From Eledone cirrhosa (lineage: Eukaryota): a DNA stretch of 64,000 nucleotides. The position numbers and the translations under genes were made by a program. Below the pieces are notes generated by a model that saw nothing but the letters and a program-made list of their open reading frames with translations, was not told where the DNA came from and ran no database searches. Positions 1-12,940 of the stretch are shown here, piece by piece. Each line of letters starts with the position of its first letter. Positions within the stretch are counted from its first letter, which is position 1. The DNA lies in assembly GCA_964016885.1 (NCBI GenBank), contig OZ024740.1, positions 72,726,001 through 72,790,000 of the forward strand, in the 5' to 3' direction.

Positions 1-44
<44 letters not shown>

Positions 45-359
45 CAAATTTGGACGGGAACGAAACAGAGAGGTAGACAAATATCATATATATATATATA
101 CATATGATATTAGGATTGGTGCTCTGAATGTATGTATAGTATATTTGGCAATATACCGTATGTTTAATTTAAAACATTTAGAAGACAATACGCTATAAGT
201 TTTAAAGTAGTGACTATGTCACTTACTTCTTTTCGGCGAAAGAAGAGAGAGAAGCTGACAAGAGCACCAATCACGCTGGGTGGCGTTCATCAGAGCCACT
301 CACTCCCCTGCTTCCGCTGAAAATTATAGAAGCTGGATTCTTATAGAATTCCAGTAATA

Positions 360-436
<77 letters not shown>

Positions 437-438
<2 letters not shown>

Positions 439-642
439 CGAAGGAAATGTGGTAAGGAACCAGGTGGACCATAACGCACCAAAGTACTCAATACTTGAGG
501 TAGTAGAGTGGGTAATAGGAACCAGTAAGACCCCGACAGTTGAGCTCAAGCCGTTTCGACGGCTAATTCTGGACAGAGTTAGATTGAGTCCAGAATTAGC
601 CGTCGAAACGGCTTGAGCTCAGCTGTCGGGGTCTTACTGGTT

Positions 643-647
<5 letters not shown>
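437..647. mobile_element. Family A fold-back element in a (TA)n tract with a half hammerhead (putative Penelope-like pLTR remnant)
   Basis: 60-bp inverted arms 515-574/588-647 with 1 mismatch. Arms read GTC-GAAA-CGGC..TGAGCTCA..GCYG-TC-GGGG. Related copies at 728-808, 1087-1146, 18586-18780, 19362-19538, 32378-32517 and 50058-50113. Confidence 0.75.
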
Positions 648-729
<82 letters not shown>

Positions 730-889
730 CGAAGGAAGTGTGCTAAAGAACCAGATGGACCATAACGCATCAGAGTACTCAATACTTAGGGTAGTAGAGT
801 GTGTAATATATATGTATATATGTGTGTGTGCGTTGTAGTAAAAGTTTGGTAGAAATATCCAAGGGTAAGAGTTGCTCAGACCATAGAAC

Positions 890-1075
890 GAGTTAAGTAT
901 AATTAATCAAAACAGTGACATACACAGGTACTTAAGTTTCGTTGGGTTATGCACCCCAACTCATTCAGTCTGTTATAAAAACAAAGATATATCAGGCTGA
1001 ATGAGTTGGGGTGCATAACCCAAGGAAACTTAAGTACCTGTATATGTCACTGTTGTAATTAATTATACTTAACTC
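890..1075. mobile_element. Fold-back element with two opposed hammerhead-like motifs
   Basis: Inverted arms ~890-972 / ~993-1075, each carrying a hammerhead-like fold, flanked by TA-rich sequence. Confidence 0.75.
993..1040 (+). ncRNA. Type I hammerhead-like motif, CUGAAUGA core variant
   Basis: CAGG-CTGAATGA-GTTGGG(GTGCATAA)CCCAAG-GAAA-CTTAAG-TA-CCTG: stem I CAGG/CCTG, palindromic stem III ACTTAAGT, GUA site. The minus-strand twin (925-972) has CCCAAC but a stem I mismatch. Confidence 0.65.
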
Positions 1076-2319
1076 ATCCTATATATATAGGAAAAGAATC
1101 AGGACCCCGACGGCTGAGCTCCGGCCGTTTGGACAGCTAGATCTGATATATATATATATCTGGAATGGACTTCCGTTGGTTTCGTCCCGGAGTACTGATG
1201 GCTCTAGTTCTTTGACCAAACCCCTCTTTTAGTGATTTAACGCTCAGAAATCCATTTAAAGTTGTAAAAATGACACATGAATTCTACATGAACAGTAATA
1301 CAGCTACCGTCACTCATTTCTCCCCGTTTCCTCCTTTTCACCACAAACTCAATAGCGACTCTTTTGCTCCTTCTCACACCTCATATAACTTGACAGGCTC
1401 GACATATCTCCCCGAGCCGAGTTCTAGAGTGTATATCAACAAAAGATAATCTCTGTGTATGGACGTAACATGGTTGTTTAGTTAAAAAGTCCACTTCGTA
1501 ATGTTCCAGTTTGCGACGATCATTAGCATAAGTATAGTTGTAATAAAGAAACTAATACTGGGAATATCAAAACGAGGCTGCAATGCAGATTTAGTTGGTT
1601 ACGAGTTTACACTGATATTTATGGCGTTCATTAATTGTAGAGAGAGAACGTAGCTTTATTTCATCTTTGATGATGACAAAATTTGGTATGAAATTCTGAC
1701 AAGTCGACACCACGATATGGCTTCAATTCCTGAAGAAGTCATTACACTTTACTTTCCTAGCTCATTCCACTTGGAAATGGATAAATGTCACAACATCCCA
1801 GACCCCCCCCCCACACACACACACGCTGTAAAATACATGTGTTTTGAGCGTTTGTTCACCTATTTATTTAGGAAAAAATAAAATCATAATTTTATCTCGA
1901 ATTTAAAATAAAATTAAACACCCCAGGAAAGTTTTATTTTTTCCATCGTCAGTCATATTATCATAGCCTTAGTTTTGTTCGTTTTGGTTCAATTTTTCCA
2001 AAGCGAGCAAAACAAAATATATTTGTTTGTTCATCATTTCTTCAGTCAATTTAAAACTGGTAGAGCATTTGATAATGATAAACGCCATCCTTTATGAACA
2101 TATCAAACTAGTTTCTGATGCTGTGAAATAAATATTATATCTTCCATTGTTACAATAGCCAAACATGGGTTGATAAATTAATCGAGGATACATTAACAGT
2201 AATACACTTACTTTTGCTCTTCTATTCCCCTTTTACTCCCATCATAAATTCAAGAGCGACATTTTGCTCCTTCTCACATCCTGGATGTTGTGGTAAAGGT
2301 GAGGGTCTCTGCATCGATA

Positions 2320-3090
2320 ACTAGTCGGAATAAACTACTGAAATACCAGGAATTATCAGTAAATTATTTTTCTGTGGCGTTCGAGACGTTTGGTGGAGCT
2401 AGGTCACTGACATATCAGATGATGTCTGTGAGGGTGCTTGGTTATTCCAGCGTCTTAGCCACGCCTTCACATAGCTTTACTGAGGTATCAGGTCATGTCT
2501 GTGAGGGTGCTTGGTTATTCCAGTGTCTTAGTCACGCTATCACCTAGATTTACAGAGGAATCAGGGGATGTCTGTGAGGGTGCTTGGTTATTCCAGCATC
2601 TTAGTCACGCTATCACCTAGCTTTACTTAGGTATCAGGTGATGCCTGTGAGGATGCTTGGTTATTCCAATGTCTTAGTCACGCTATCACCTAGCTTTACA
2701 GAAGTATCAGGTGATGTCTGAAGGTGCTTGGTTATTCCAGCATCTTAGCCACGCCATCACTTAGCTTTACAGAGGTATCAGGTGATGTCTGTGAGGGTGC
2801 TTGGTTATTCCAGCATCTTAGCCACGCCATCACTTAGCTTTACAGAGGTATCAGGTGATGTATGTGAGGGTGCTTGGTTATTCCAGGATCTTAGCCACGC
2901 TATCACTTAGCTTTACAGAGGTATCAGGTGATGTATGTGAGGGTGCTTGGTTATTCCAGGATCTTAGCCACGCTATCACCTAGCTTTACTAAGATATCAG
3001 GTGATGCCTGTGATGGTGTTTGGTTATTCCAGCGTCTTAGTCACGCTATCACGTGCAGCAATGCTGCACATGTTTCAACTTGCCTAAAAT
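2320..3090 (+). mobile_element. Decayed C-terminus (RLE region) of a CRE-like non-LTR retrotransposon, interrupted by a minisatellite
   Basis: KLLKYQELSVNYFSVAFETFGG ... SGDACDGVWLFQRLSHAITCSNAAHV matches the K..KY..L....F...ET.G ... FQRLS.A..RGNA pattern. The same pattern occurs at 63720-63975. Confidence 0.6.
2408..3052 (+). repeat. 73-bp minisatellite, ~9 copies
   Basis: Unit agaggtatcaggtgatgtctgtgagggtgcttggttattccagcatcttagccacgccatcacttagctttac; starts at ~2408, 2481, 2554, 2627, 2700, 2771, 2844, 2917, 2990. Confidence 0.95.
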
Positions 3091-3420
3091 ATTATCAGAG
3101 GGTAACTCCAGCACCCCATGTTGTGACGTGTCTTACAATGAGCACATTCCCCCTACTCACATTTTTCAGTTTGGGTTTCTTTTCTTTCTCTTTCTGCAAA
3201 TTATTAATCTTTAGATAAAGTATGTAAATGAAATATAGTTTCTTTAAAATCATTTTCTAAATATTTCAACGGATGTCAGCAAAAATGTTAGTGTAATCAA
3301 AAATTAACATCACATATATATACATGTGTGTGTGTGTATATTATATATATGTATATATATATGTATATATATGTATATATATATATGAATATATATATAT
3401 ACACATATATATATATATAT

Positions 3421-3505
<85 letters not shown>

Positions 3506-3561
3506 CATATACATATATATATATAGAGATAGATAAGATACTCTCAAATTCACTTATGTAT

Positions 3562-3605
<44 letters not shown>

Positions 3606-3618
3606 GTATATATATGTA

Positions 3619-3679
<61 letters not shown>

Positions 3680-3717
3680 GTATATATGTATATATGCATA
3701 TATATATATGTTTATAT

Positions 3718-3770
<53 letters not shown>

Positions 3771-3829
3771 GATATACTCTCAAATTCACTTATGTATGTG
3801 TATGTATATATATATATATATACATGCAT

Positions 3830-3862
<33 letters not shown>

Positions 3863-3876
3863 AGTATATATATATG

Positions 3877-3911
<35 letters not shown>

Positions 3912-4898
3912 ATGTGTGTGTGTGTGTCTATATAGTCGTATATACTGTAAAGAAGCTCAGATGTTGATTAAAAGTATTTTCGTAATTTATTTATTTTTTT
4001 ATCATGTAGCATTACTTCAATAATTCTATCATGTCACTAAACTGATATGTAATGCTTTAGAATTTATACTCTGCTTTGTAGAGTAGAATATTAAATTATG
4101 TTATCGATCATCGCAGATATCTGTGGCTTTTGACAATATTCTAAAATGCATGGTAGATTGCATTCCCATTTTTATCTCTTTATGTTCAATCAATTTTATT
4201 ATTTATTTTTCATATTTTATTTTTTACCGCGTTCTGTTTTAACTAATTCATATTACCACTTCCAGAGTCTTCACTAAATGATATACATTTTGTAACTTGT
4301 ATTCATTATTTTGATAAAATAGTTTTTCTTCTTTTTATTCTTAAATATATTTCTTTCATCCACTTCAGTGGAAAATATTCAATAGTCTTTTTTTTCCTTT
4401 TAGAAAGAACAGTAGCGACTTCATTCTCCATAATTAGCCGTGAAGATTATTGCTTTTGTCTTTGATGCTTTTCAGAATATGATAGAGTTATTTCAAAACA
4501 TTATCTTATCATTTTTACAACATGGCTACTATTACAGTTTGTAACTCGATCATTTAGTTAGTTTCATCTGCTGCGTTGTTTAGTCGTTTAACTCTACACA
4601 GAATGAAACAGGAATTATAATAGTGAGCTATATAGGACCTCCACCAGTTTCAACAACGAGTGTTCCAGTTGTTTTATCATCGGAACAAATTACTCGGGAA
4701 ATTAAAGTACAATCACTGATCCGTCCACAATCACGTATACCCTTAACGACTGAGGAAGTACTTGTTTTAATTTTACGTGACTCATTTACTGGTTTCAGTC
4801 ATTAGATTGCGGCCATAGTCGATTATATAGATCCCACCCCGGTACTTGCTTTTGTTTCAATTTTAACGATCCCTTTTTTTGCGAAGTACTAAGTGAAG

Positions 4899-5130
4899 GG
4901 CCATGGCTCAGTGGTTAGAGCATTGGGCTTGCAATCGAAGGTTGTGAGTTCAATTCTCGGACCGGATGATGTGTTGTTTCCTTGAGCAAGACACTTTATT
5001 TCACGTTGCTCCAGTTTACTCAGCTGTAGAAATGAGATGATAGGACTGGGGTCCCTATCATTAAATTACCCAAGACACCCCCAACGAGATATACCTTGGA
5101 GGAGGCCAGCTAAACCTGCATAGGTGTGAG
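4899..5130 (+). mobile_element. tRNA-derived SINE with CORE-like domain
   Basis: A box ggctcagtggttagagc, B box gagttcaattc, then ttccttgagcaagacacttt (CORE-like). Related copies at ~8880-9050, ~42350-42500, ~24060-24380 (-) and ~26700-26830 (-). Confidence 0.75.
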
Positions 5131-5133
5131 CTG

Positions 5134-5205
<72 letters not shown>

Positions 5206-5252
5206 GACAAACAAATAATAACTATGAATCCAGACACACACACACACACACA

Positions 5253-5287
<35 letters not shown>

Positions 5288-5377
5288 CGGGCTTCTACAC
5301 AGTTTCCGTCTACGAAATTTCACTGACATGAGTCAACCTGAGACCAAAGCAGAAAACATGTCCAAGATGACTGAACT

Positions 5378-5790
5378 AGGGTGGTAGATTAGCAAAGTCG
5401 TTAAAGTGCCGGAAAATACGATAGGCGACATTTATTTTGGCTCTTTCTCATTTGGGTTCAAATCCCACCGAGGTTAATTTCAACTTTCATCATTCTGGGG
5501 GTCGATAAAATGAAGTACCAATCACGTATTGGGTCAACGTATCGATTTTCCCCTCCCATAAATTTTTGTCTTGTGCCTAAATTAGAAATCATTATTATTT
5601 CTTGAGGGCGGTGGATTGGCTGAATTGGTAGAGCGTCAGACAAAATGTTTTGCGATATTTCTTTTGACTACATTCTGGGTTCAAATCTCATCAGTCAGCT
5701 TTGTCTTTCATCTTTACAGGGTCGATAAAATAAGTACCAGTCAAATACTAGGTTCAATACTAAATTGTTGGCCTTGTGTCCAAAGTAAAA
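5378..5790 (+). mobile_element. Two tandem tRNA-derived SINE copies (family 2)
   Basis: gttcaaatccc B box followed by gaggttaa..tttcatc..ggggtcgataaaat.agtacca, twice. Family shared with 9930-10140, 27075-27200, 39790-40000 (-), 43345-43490 and 19140-19280 (-). Confidence 0.75.
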
Positions 5791-5867
5791 AATATTATTA
5801 TTATATCTTTTTTTTCCTTTTTTCATTCAATATTTCATTGTTGTTCTGTTGGATACATAGCTAGATT

Positions 5868-7530
5868 TATGACAACTAAAACTGTGACAGCTAAAGCTGT
5901 GACAGCACAAACTGTGACAGCTAGAATTATGACAGCTAAAACTGTGACAGCTAGAATTATGACAGCAAAACTGTGACAGCTAAAACTGTGACAGCTAGAA
6001 TTATGACAGCAAAACTGTGACAGCTAAAACTGTGACAGCTATAACTGTGATAGCTAAAACTATGACAGTTAATACTGTGACAGCTATAACTGTGACAGCT
6101 ATAACTGTGACAGCTATAATTGTGATAGCTAAAACTATGACAGTTAATACTGTGACAGCTATAACTGTGACAGCTAAAACTGTGACAGCTATAACTGTGA
6201 TAGCTAAAACTATGACAGTTAATACTGTGACAGCTATAACTGTGACAGCTATAATTGTGATAGCTAAAACCATGACAGCTATAACTGTGACAGCTATAAC
6301 TGTGATAGCTAAAACTGTGATAGCTAAAACCATGACAGCTAAAACTGTGACAGCTATAACCGTGATAGCTAAAACTGTGATAGCTAAAACTATGACAGCT
6401 AAAACTGTGACAGCTATAACTGTGACAGCTATAACTGTGACAGCTAAAACTGTGACAGCTAAAATTGTGATAGCTAAAACTGTGACAGCTAGAATTATGA
6501 CAGCTAAAACTGAGATAGCTAAAACTGTGACAGTAAAACTGTGACAGCTATAACTGTGACAGCTAAAACTGTGACAGCTAAAATTGTGATAGCTAAAACT
6601 GTGACAGCTAGAATTATGACAGCTAAAACTGAGATAGCTAAAACTGTGACAGTAAAACTGTGATAGCTAAAATTGTGATAGCTAAAACTGTGACAGCTAA
6701 AACTGTGATAGCTAAAACTGTGATAGATAAAACTGTGATACCTAAAACTGTGATAGCTAAAACCGTGATAGCTAAAATGTGATAGCTAAAACTGTGATAG
6801 CTAAAACTGTGATAGCTAACACTGTGACAGCTAAAACCCTGATAGCTAAAACTATATTCTGTGACAGTCAAAACTGTATCCTATGACAGCTTAAACTGTA
6901 ATCTTTGACAGCTAAAACTGTATTCTGTGACAGCTAAAACTGTAACTTCTGACAGTTAAAACTGTATTATATGCCAACTAAAACTGTATTCTGTGACAAC
7001 TAAAACTGTATCCTGTGACAGCTAAAACTGTGTCATGTGTGACAGATAAAACTGTAACCTGTGACAGCTAAACTATAACCTGTGACAGCTAAAACTGTAT
7101 CCTGTGACAGGTAAAACGGTAATCTGTGACAGCTAAAACTGTATTCTGTGCCAGCTAAAACTGTATTCTGTGACAGCTAAAACTGTATTATGTGACAGCT
7201 GAAACTGTATCCTGTGACAGCTAAAACTGTATTTGGCGATAGCTAAAACTGTATCCTGTAACAGCTAAAACTGTTTTCTGTGACAGCTGAAACTGTAATC
7301 TGTGACAGCTAAAACTGTATTTGGCGACAGCTAAAGCTGTATCCTGTAACAGCTAAAACTGTATCCTGTGACAGCTGAAACTGTCTCCTGTGACAGCTAT
7401 AAATGTGTCCTGTGACAGCTAAAACTGTATTCTGTGACAGCTGAAACTGTAATCTGTGACAGCTAAAACTGTATCCTGAGCTAGCTAAAACTGTCTCCTG
7501 TGACGGCTAAAACTGTATTCTGTCACAGTT
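5868..7530 (+). repeat. Composite minisatellite: 15-bp unit (GCTAAAACTGTGACA) grading into a 22-bp unit (GCTAAAACTGTATTCTGTGACA)
   Basis: 15-mer array ~5868-6850; 22-mer array ~6850-7530. Confidence 0.95.
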
Positions 7531-7569
7531 AAAATCTGCATCCTGCCACAGACATCCTGCAGCTGTCTA

Positions 7570-7750
7570 GCACTTATCTTATAGATTCTGTTGTACCTAA
7601 CAAACAAGATGTGTACTGATAGGAGATACTCTTCTATATCTAACATCTTCAACCAGTCATTCAAACCCCTTGTTACTGTCCCTAACGACCCTATCACAAT
7701 TGAGATGACATCTTTACTGTAATTTCAGTTTCTCTGTGTATCCTGTTCTA
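7570..7750 (-). mobile_element. R4/Dong-like non-LTR retrotransposon C-terminal RLE remnant
   Basis: DVISIVIGSLGTVTRGLNDWLKMLDI...(frameshift)SCLLGTTESIR*VL resembles the conserved PIVIGALG...L..LGT.RI.R.VL end. Abuts a (GTT)n tract. Confidence 0.6.
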
Positions 7751-7782
7751 GCTCTTGTTATTTTTCTGTTTCCTCGGCTTCC

Positions 7783-7825
7783 ATGTTGTTGCTGCTTCTG
7801 TTGTTGTTGTTGTTGTTGTTGATTC

Positions 7826-7871
<46 letters not shown>

Positions 7872-8119
7872 CTCATTGTTGCTGTTGATGTTGTCATTGT
7901 CGTTGTTGTTATTGATGTTGTTGCTGTTGCTATTTTCAATGCTGTTGTGGTTGTTGTTATTTTTGTTGCTGTTGTCATTGTCGTTGTTGCTATTGATGTT
8001 GTTGTTGTTGTCGTTGTTGTTGTTGTCATTGATGTAATTGTCATTGTTAATGTTATCGTTGTTGTTGTTGTTGTTGCTGCTGCTGTTGCTGTTGTTGTTG
8101 TTGTTGTTGTTGCTGTTGC

Positions 8120-8165
<46 letters not shown>
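7783..8165. repeat. (GTT)n degenerate microsatellite
   Basis: Directly visible; a similar tract lies at 26260-26620. Confidence 0.95.
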
Positions 8166-8685
8166 AATGATGATGACCACTTGTACCGGACATGTGTTGA
8201 ACATCGTAAACACTAAATCACGTGTTATATACTTCATTGGTCAGTATTTTGAAAGCAACTGTTGTTGCTAAATATATATGTAGAAACATTTCTTTTGCTT
8301 TCCCCCGTTAACCTCGAGATGTTGGTGTATTTAAATGGAAGTTAATATCATTTTAAATAACTTTACTGTCGCCTTCTTACTTGCTCGACAGGAAACCAAA
8401 ACGACTTTCAACACAGGAAACGTTTTAGGAGATAAAAAAAAGGGTTGTAAGGTAGGTGATCCCGTGCGTGTGTGGGGGAATGTCAGGGCAAGAGAGGAGA
8501 AGAGAGACATTGTTTCCATGTCGTAGTGGGAGGGAACAGGTGTGCTTCATGTAATAATAAATCCTGCAGTGAAATTGGACTACAGTAAAATATATATGAA
8601 CTACAGTGAATTATATATGAACACTACCAACAGCAACAATAAGAACAACACAACAATAATAATTACAACAGCAATAATATCAATG

Positions 8686-8859
8686 CTGTATTTTCCGGGA
8701 TATAAGACGCACCCCCCCCCCCTCCAAAAAAAAAAGAAAATCACACCTGGTGAATGAGGCGGTGAAAGCTAGGGGAGATTCGAGGTTAGCTGCAGTTTTC
8801 TATTTTACCGGATTAGGTTTGCCAAAATTGGGGTGCGTCTTATATGCCCGAAAATTCAG
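8686..8859. mobile_element. pogo/Tigger-like MITE
   Basis: TIRs ctgtattttccgggatataagacgcaccc / gggtgcgtcttatatgcccgaaaattcag; same TIR type as 60261-60418. Confidence 0.7.
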
Positions 8860-10665
8860 CATATAATGCAATGGGGTGAAGGCGTGTGGCTTGGGGGTTA
8901 GAGTGTTCGGTTCACAATCGCAAGTTGTGAGGTCGATTCTCGGTGGCGTGTTGTGTCCTCGAGGAAGATACTTCATTTCAAGTTGCTCCACGTAGCTGGC
9001 AAAAATGACTTGTACCTGTAATTCAAAGGATCAGCCTTGTCACACATTGTCAAACATTGTGTCACACGCTGTGTTACACAATTCTTCTAGAGAACTACCG
9101 TGGAATGCGCTCAACCATTTACACGTTCATTTCAGGAGCAGGTTGTTCCGTGGTTCGGAAAACCAGAACACTCGTCGTCGAACCGACGGAGGTTCAACAA
9201 CAATACAAAGAAACGGAATGGATCTCGGTCGGTTCAATGATGAGTGTTCTAATTGTTGAATCAATTGAAATGCCTACTCATGAAATTAACGCATTGAAAC
9301 CTGGATAAGCCGCGGCTCGACGAGTCTCTCTGGGCTTGGGACAGGCTTTAAGTTTTAATCAATGTCGCCATAACTAGGCGCCCTCTACGTGGCCGCTGGA
9401 TCTGTTAGAAATAGCAGTCAAATCTGCTTCAATCTATAGCCCCTTCTTAGGAAGATGTAAAAGATTCTGTGCGGGAGTTTAGCTATATTGTGTGTTGATT
9501 GTCTAAGTAGGTGTAGTATATTGTGTGACTTGGTGTTCTTTTGTCGGATGTATAAGTCATATTAGATAATATATTCCAAAATACCCGTAAATGACTAGAT
9601 GGCTACAGCTGGAATGTCGCTACTGAAAGGTCTTGATTGATCTGGTTTCACTTGGGACTAAACAGCAACAATACCAACAAGAACATTGTTCGAGGTCGAT
9701 AATTAAAGTACCAGTCAATTGAGCTGCGGATTAGTGGAATTGTTAATGACTCGGCCTAGATGATTGTTGCGGTATCTGATCGGGATCTGGTGGTTCTGAG
9801 TTCAAATCTTGCCTTCTTCTTTCATTAGTTGCGACGAGAAGTAGAAATACCAACGGAAACATTGTTTCTTTGTTCCGATTTGACGATCGATTCCTTTTAT
9901 ATTCGTTCTTGTTTTATTTTTTTAAGTTAAGGCAGTCAGTTGGCTGTATCGGTAGAGTGTCGGACAACATGCTTTGCGGCATATAGTTACCGCTCTTTAC
10001 GATCTGAGTTCAAATCTTGCCGAGGTTAGCTTTGTTTTTAAGGGGTCGATAAAATAAAGTGCCAGTAAAGTACGGGGATCGATTTAATTGACTTCCCCAT
10101 TCTTTTCAAATTGCTGTCCTTGTACCAAAAATAGAAACAATAATTTTAAAGATGTTAAGGTGCGTTTTAAAGACGATTTAACTACTCTTTCTTGCTGGTC
10201 GATTGGCCACATAGAAGCTCCCCCTTCATCCTCACTGAAATATATATAAAAACGTGTTTGGAATGCAAATGGAACGAGATAGATCTACAAATGATACTGA
10301 AAAGGTGTGAAATGAAAGCTAAAAAGGAAATACACCATTGGTATAGGCATTCGTTTGAATTTCGGTCCTTTTAGAATATATTTTTATTTCTCATATCAAC
10401 GTCGTCTTTTTATAGAAACTTTCCAAAATTGTTTACTTTCTTGACAGAAAAAAAAAAGAAAAACAGTTTATTGTGTGTGGTAAACCATAAAATGATAACA
10501 TGTAAAAACAGGAAAACGAAAAACGAAAAACCAAGACTTTAACCAATGTAGTGTCTGGATGCGCATACTGTTATATGTATGTGTATTTATGTGCATGGCA
10601 TGTGTGTGTACGTACATACAAACGTATGTATGTATGTATATATAGAGAGAGTTTATGTATATTTA

Positions 10666-10696
<31 letters not shown>

Positions 10697-10900
10697 TCAC
10701 TCACACACATATATATATTTATATATAATGTGCAAGTGTGTGTGAGTGTATTTATTTGTTTTGTCCATATGGAAATTGATGCATGTAGAGGCAAAAATGT
10801 GGTTGTGTTAATGTATATATATATGTTATCTATAAATGTGCACATTCGTACATATACACAAACACATTTACGAGCATATATATATACATATATACATACA

Positions 10901-10959
<59 letters not shown>

Positions 10960-10960
10960 G

Positions 10961-10991
<31 letters not shown>

Positions 10992-11130
10992 ACAAAGAAC
11001 AAAAATAATGTACTCAGTACATGATGTAGTATAATATATTTATTCAGTTGATTCTTCCATTCGTCACTTTAAGTTTCATGAACACTGTATCTATATGAGA
11101 ACCATGCTTGTCTATAATGAAGAACATGCC

Positions 11131-12230
11131 TTAATTTTAAGATGGTGCTGAGACCTCACTGTTTCATTTGTTAAACAAGCCACATGAGTCACACGCCATT
11201 GGTTAAACAGATCACATGGGTCACACGCATTAATATCATATGTAAAATTAGAGAACTAACTATTTGGTTTAAACATCTCCAAAGTCTATGTGCATCTATA
11301 AATGTTGTTAGGAGCTTCCTTACATTTGGCCAGTATGATGTCATCCCTTCACATATATCACAAAATTCGGTTCAGTCCAGCTATAGCTGCACGGTTAAGA
11401 TAAGATTACAAATTTCAAAGAACAACAAAAATATCTGAGCGTCAGTCAAACAACCCAATCCGAACGCAATTGCTGAAATATGACAAGGTGTCAATTTGAT
11501 AGAAAATACCTGTCGAAAGAAATATTATACAGAGCAGATGTAGACCATACGGTATAGTCGAACATCGGGCCAACTGAGAATACCTGGAAAAACCAGATAC
11601 ACACACCACATCCCTTTGTTGAGATGCACAAATAAATGTAATGCCACGTTTCTTTCGAAAACACATTTTGTTCTTATGACAGAGGAGAAATTAATCAGAC
11701 TATAAACTGAAGTATTGTGGCAAAGGCAAAGGCATAGAACTGTCGTGGTATCCACTGTCAACTATAATCGAAAAAACTTAAGATTCTGGTTCTACCCGGC
11801 TGCATCTTAAACATCGAAGAGGCAACCATCTCATCGAATTTCACCGTAAAGAAATGCAAGCTCCAAATCTTCAAATTCCCTTATAAGTGAATCTTAAACT
11901 GCATACTTAGTGAACCTGTCACCGATACATGGAGTCCAAAGAGATTCGATACGTAACCCCAAGATGAAATTGAGTCTAATGAGTGATATTGCTAACAAGT
12001 CAAGTACCGTCCTTCACAGAGAAAAATATGTTCTTATGTGCATATGACATAGAACTTCCCAACAATCTTGTCCAGTAAACAGCGAAAATTTAAGCAAAGT
12101 TTGGCTTTCTAATACAATGGTTTCTCTTTAAAAAAGTAGTTTTTTGTTTTGAATTATCGCTCTTCACGATTATCTCACGTGGTCTGTGTTAACTAATGAA
12201 ACAGTGAGGTTTCGACACCATCTTGTATTA
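11131..12230 (+). mobile_element. Decayed Penelope-like element (RT-EN linker plus GIY-YIG endonuclease) with inverted termini
   Basis: Broken frames give IWF...N...FL, SYSC...I..NNK, NC....C...YL..ILY.A.V, IG.TENTWK.RY.HH, T.LSK, SIVAKAKA, HCQL..EK..I, which is the Penelope/Poseidon GIY-YIG pattern. Inverted repeats ~11139-11189 / 12174-12224. Confidence 0.7.
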
Positions 12231-12338
12231 CGGCAAGCATATTTCTTTCTTATAGTCCTGCAAGTCAGTCTGGGTGATTGAGAATTCGTGAAACTTAAAG
12301 TAACAACAGAAAGCATGGACAGAAACCTCACTCATCAA

Positions 12339-12503
<165 letters not shown>

Positions 12504-12561
12504 CTACATGCGCACATATCCGTGTGTATTTTTATATATTTATATGTACATATGCATGTGA

Positions 12562-12622
<61 letters not shown>

Positions 12623-12658
12623 TACATATATATATATATATGTATATATATATGTATA

Positions 12659-12940
<282 letters not shown>

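Noticed and set aside
2408-3052. CRISPR-like array
   Set aside because: Head-to-tail 73-bp units with no unique spacers, eukaryotic context, no cas genes.
4899-4970. tRNA gene
   Set aside because: A and B boxes are present but there is no clean cloverleaf; continues into a SINE body found in multiple copies.
6017-6544. TAKTV-repeat ORF resembling an antifreeze or mucin-like protein
   Set aside because: By-product of the 15-bp unit; neighbouring 14-bp and 22-bp units break the frame.
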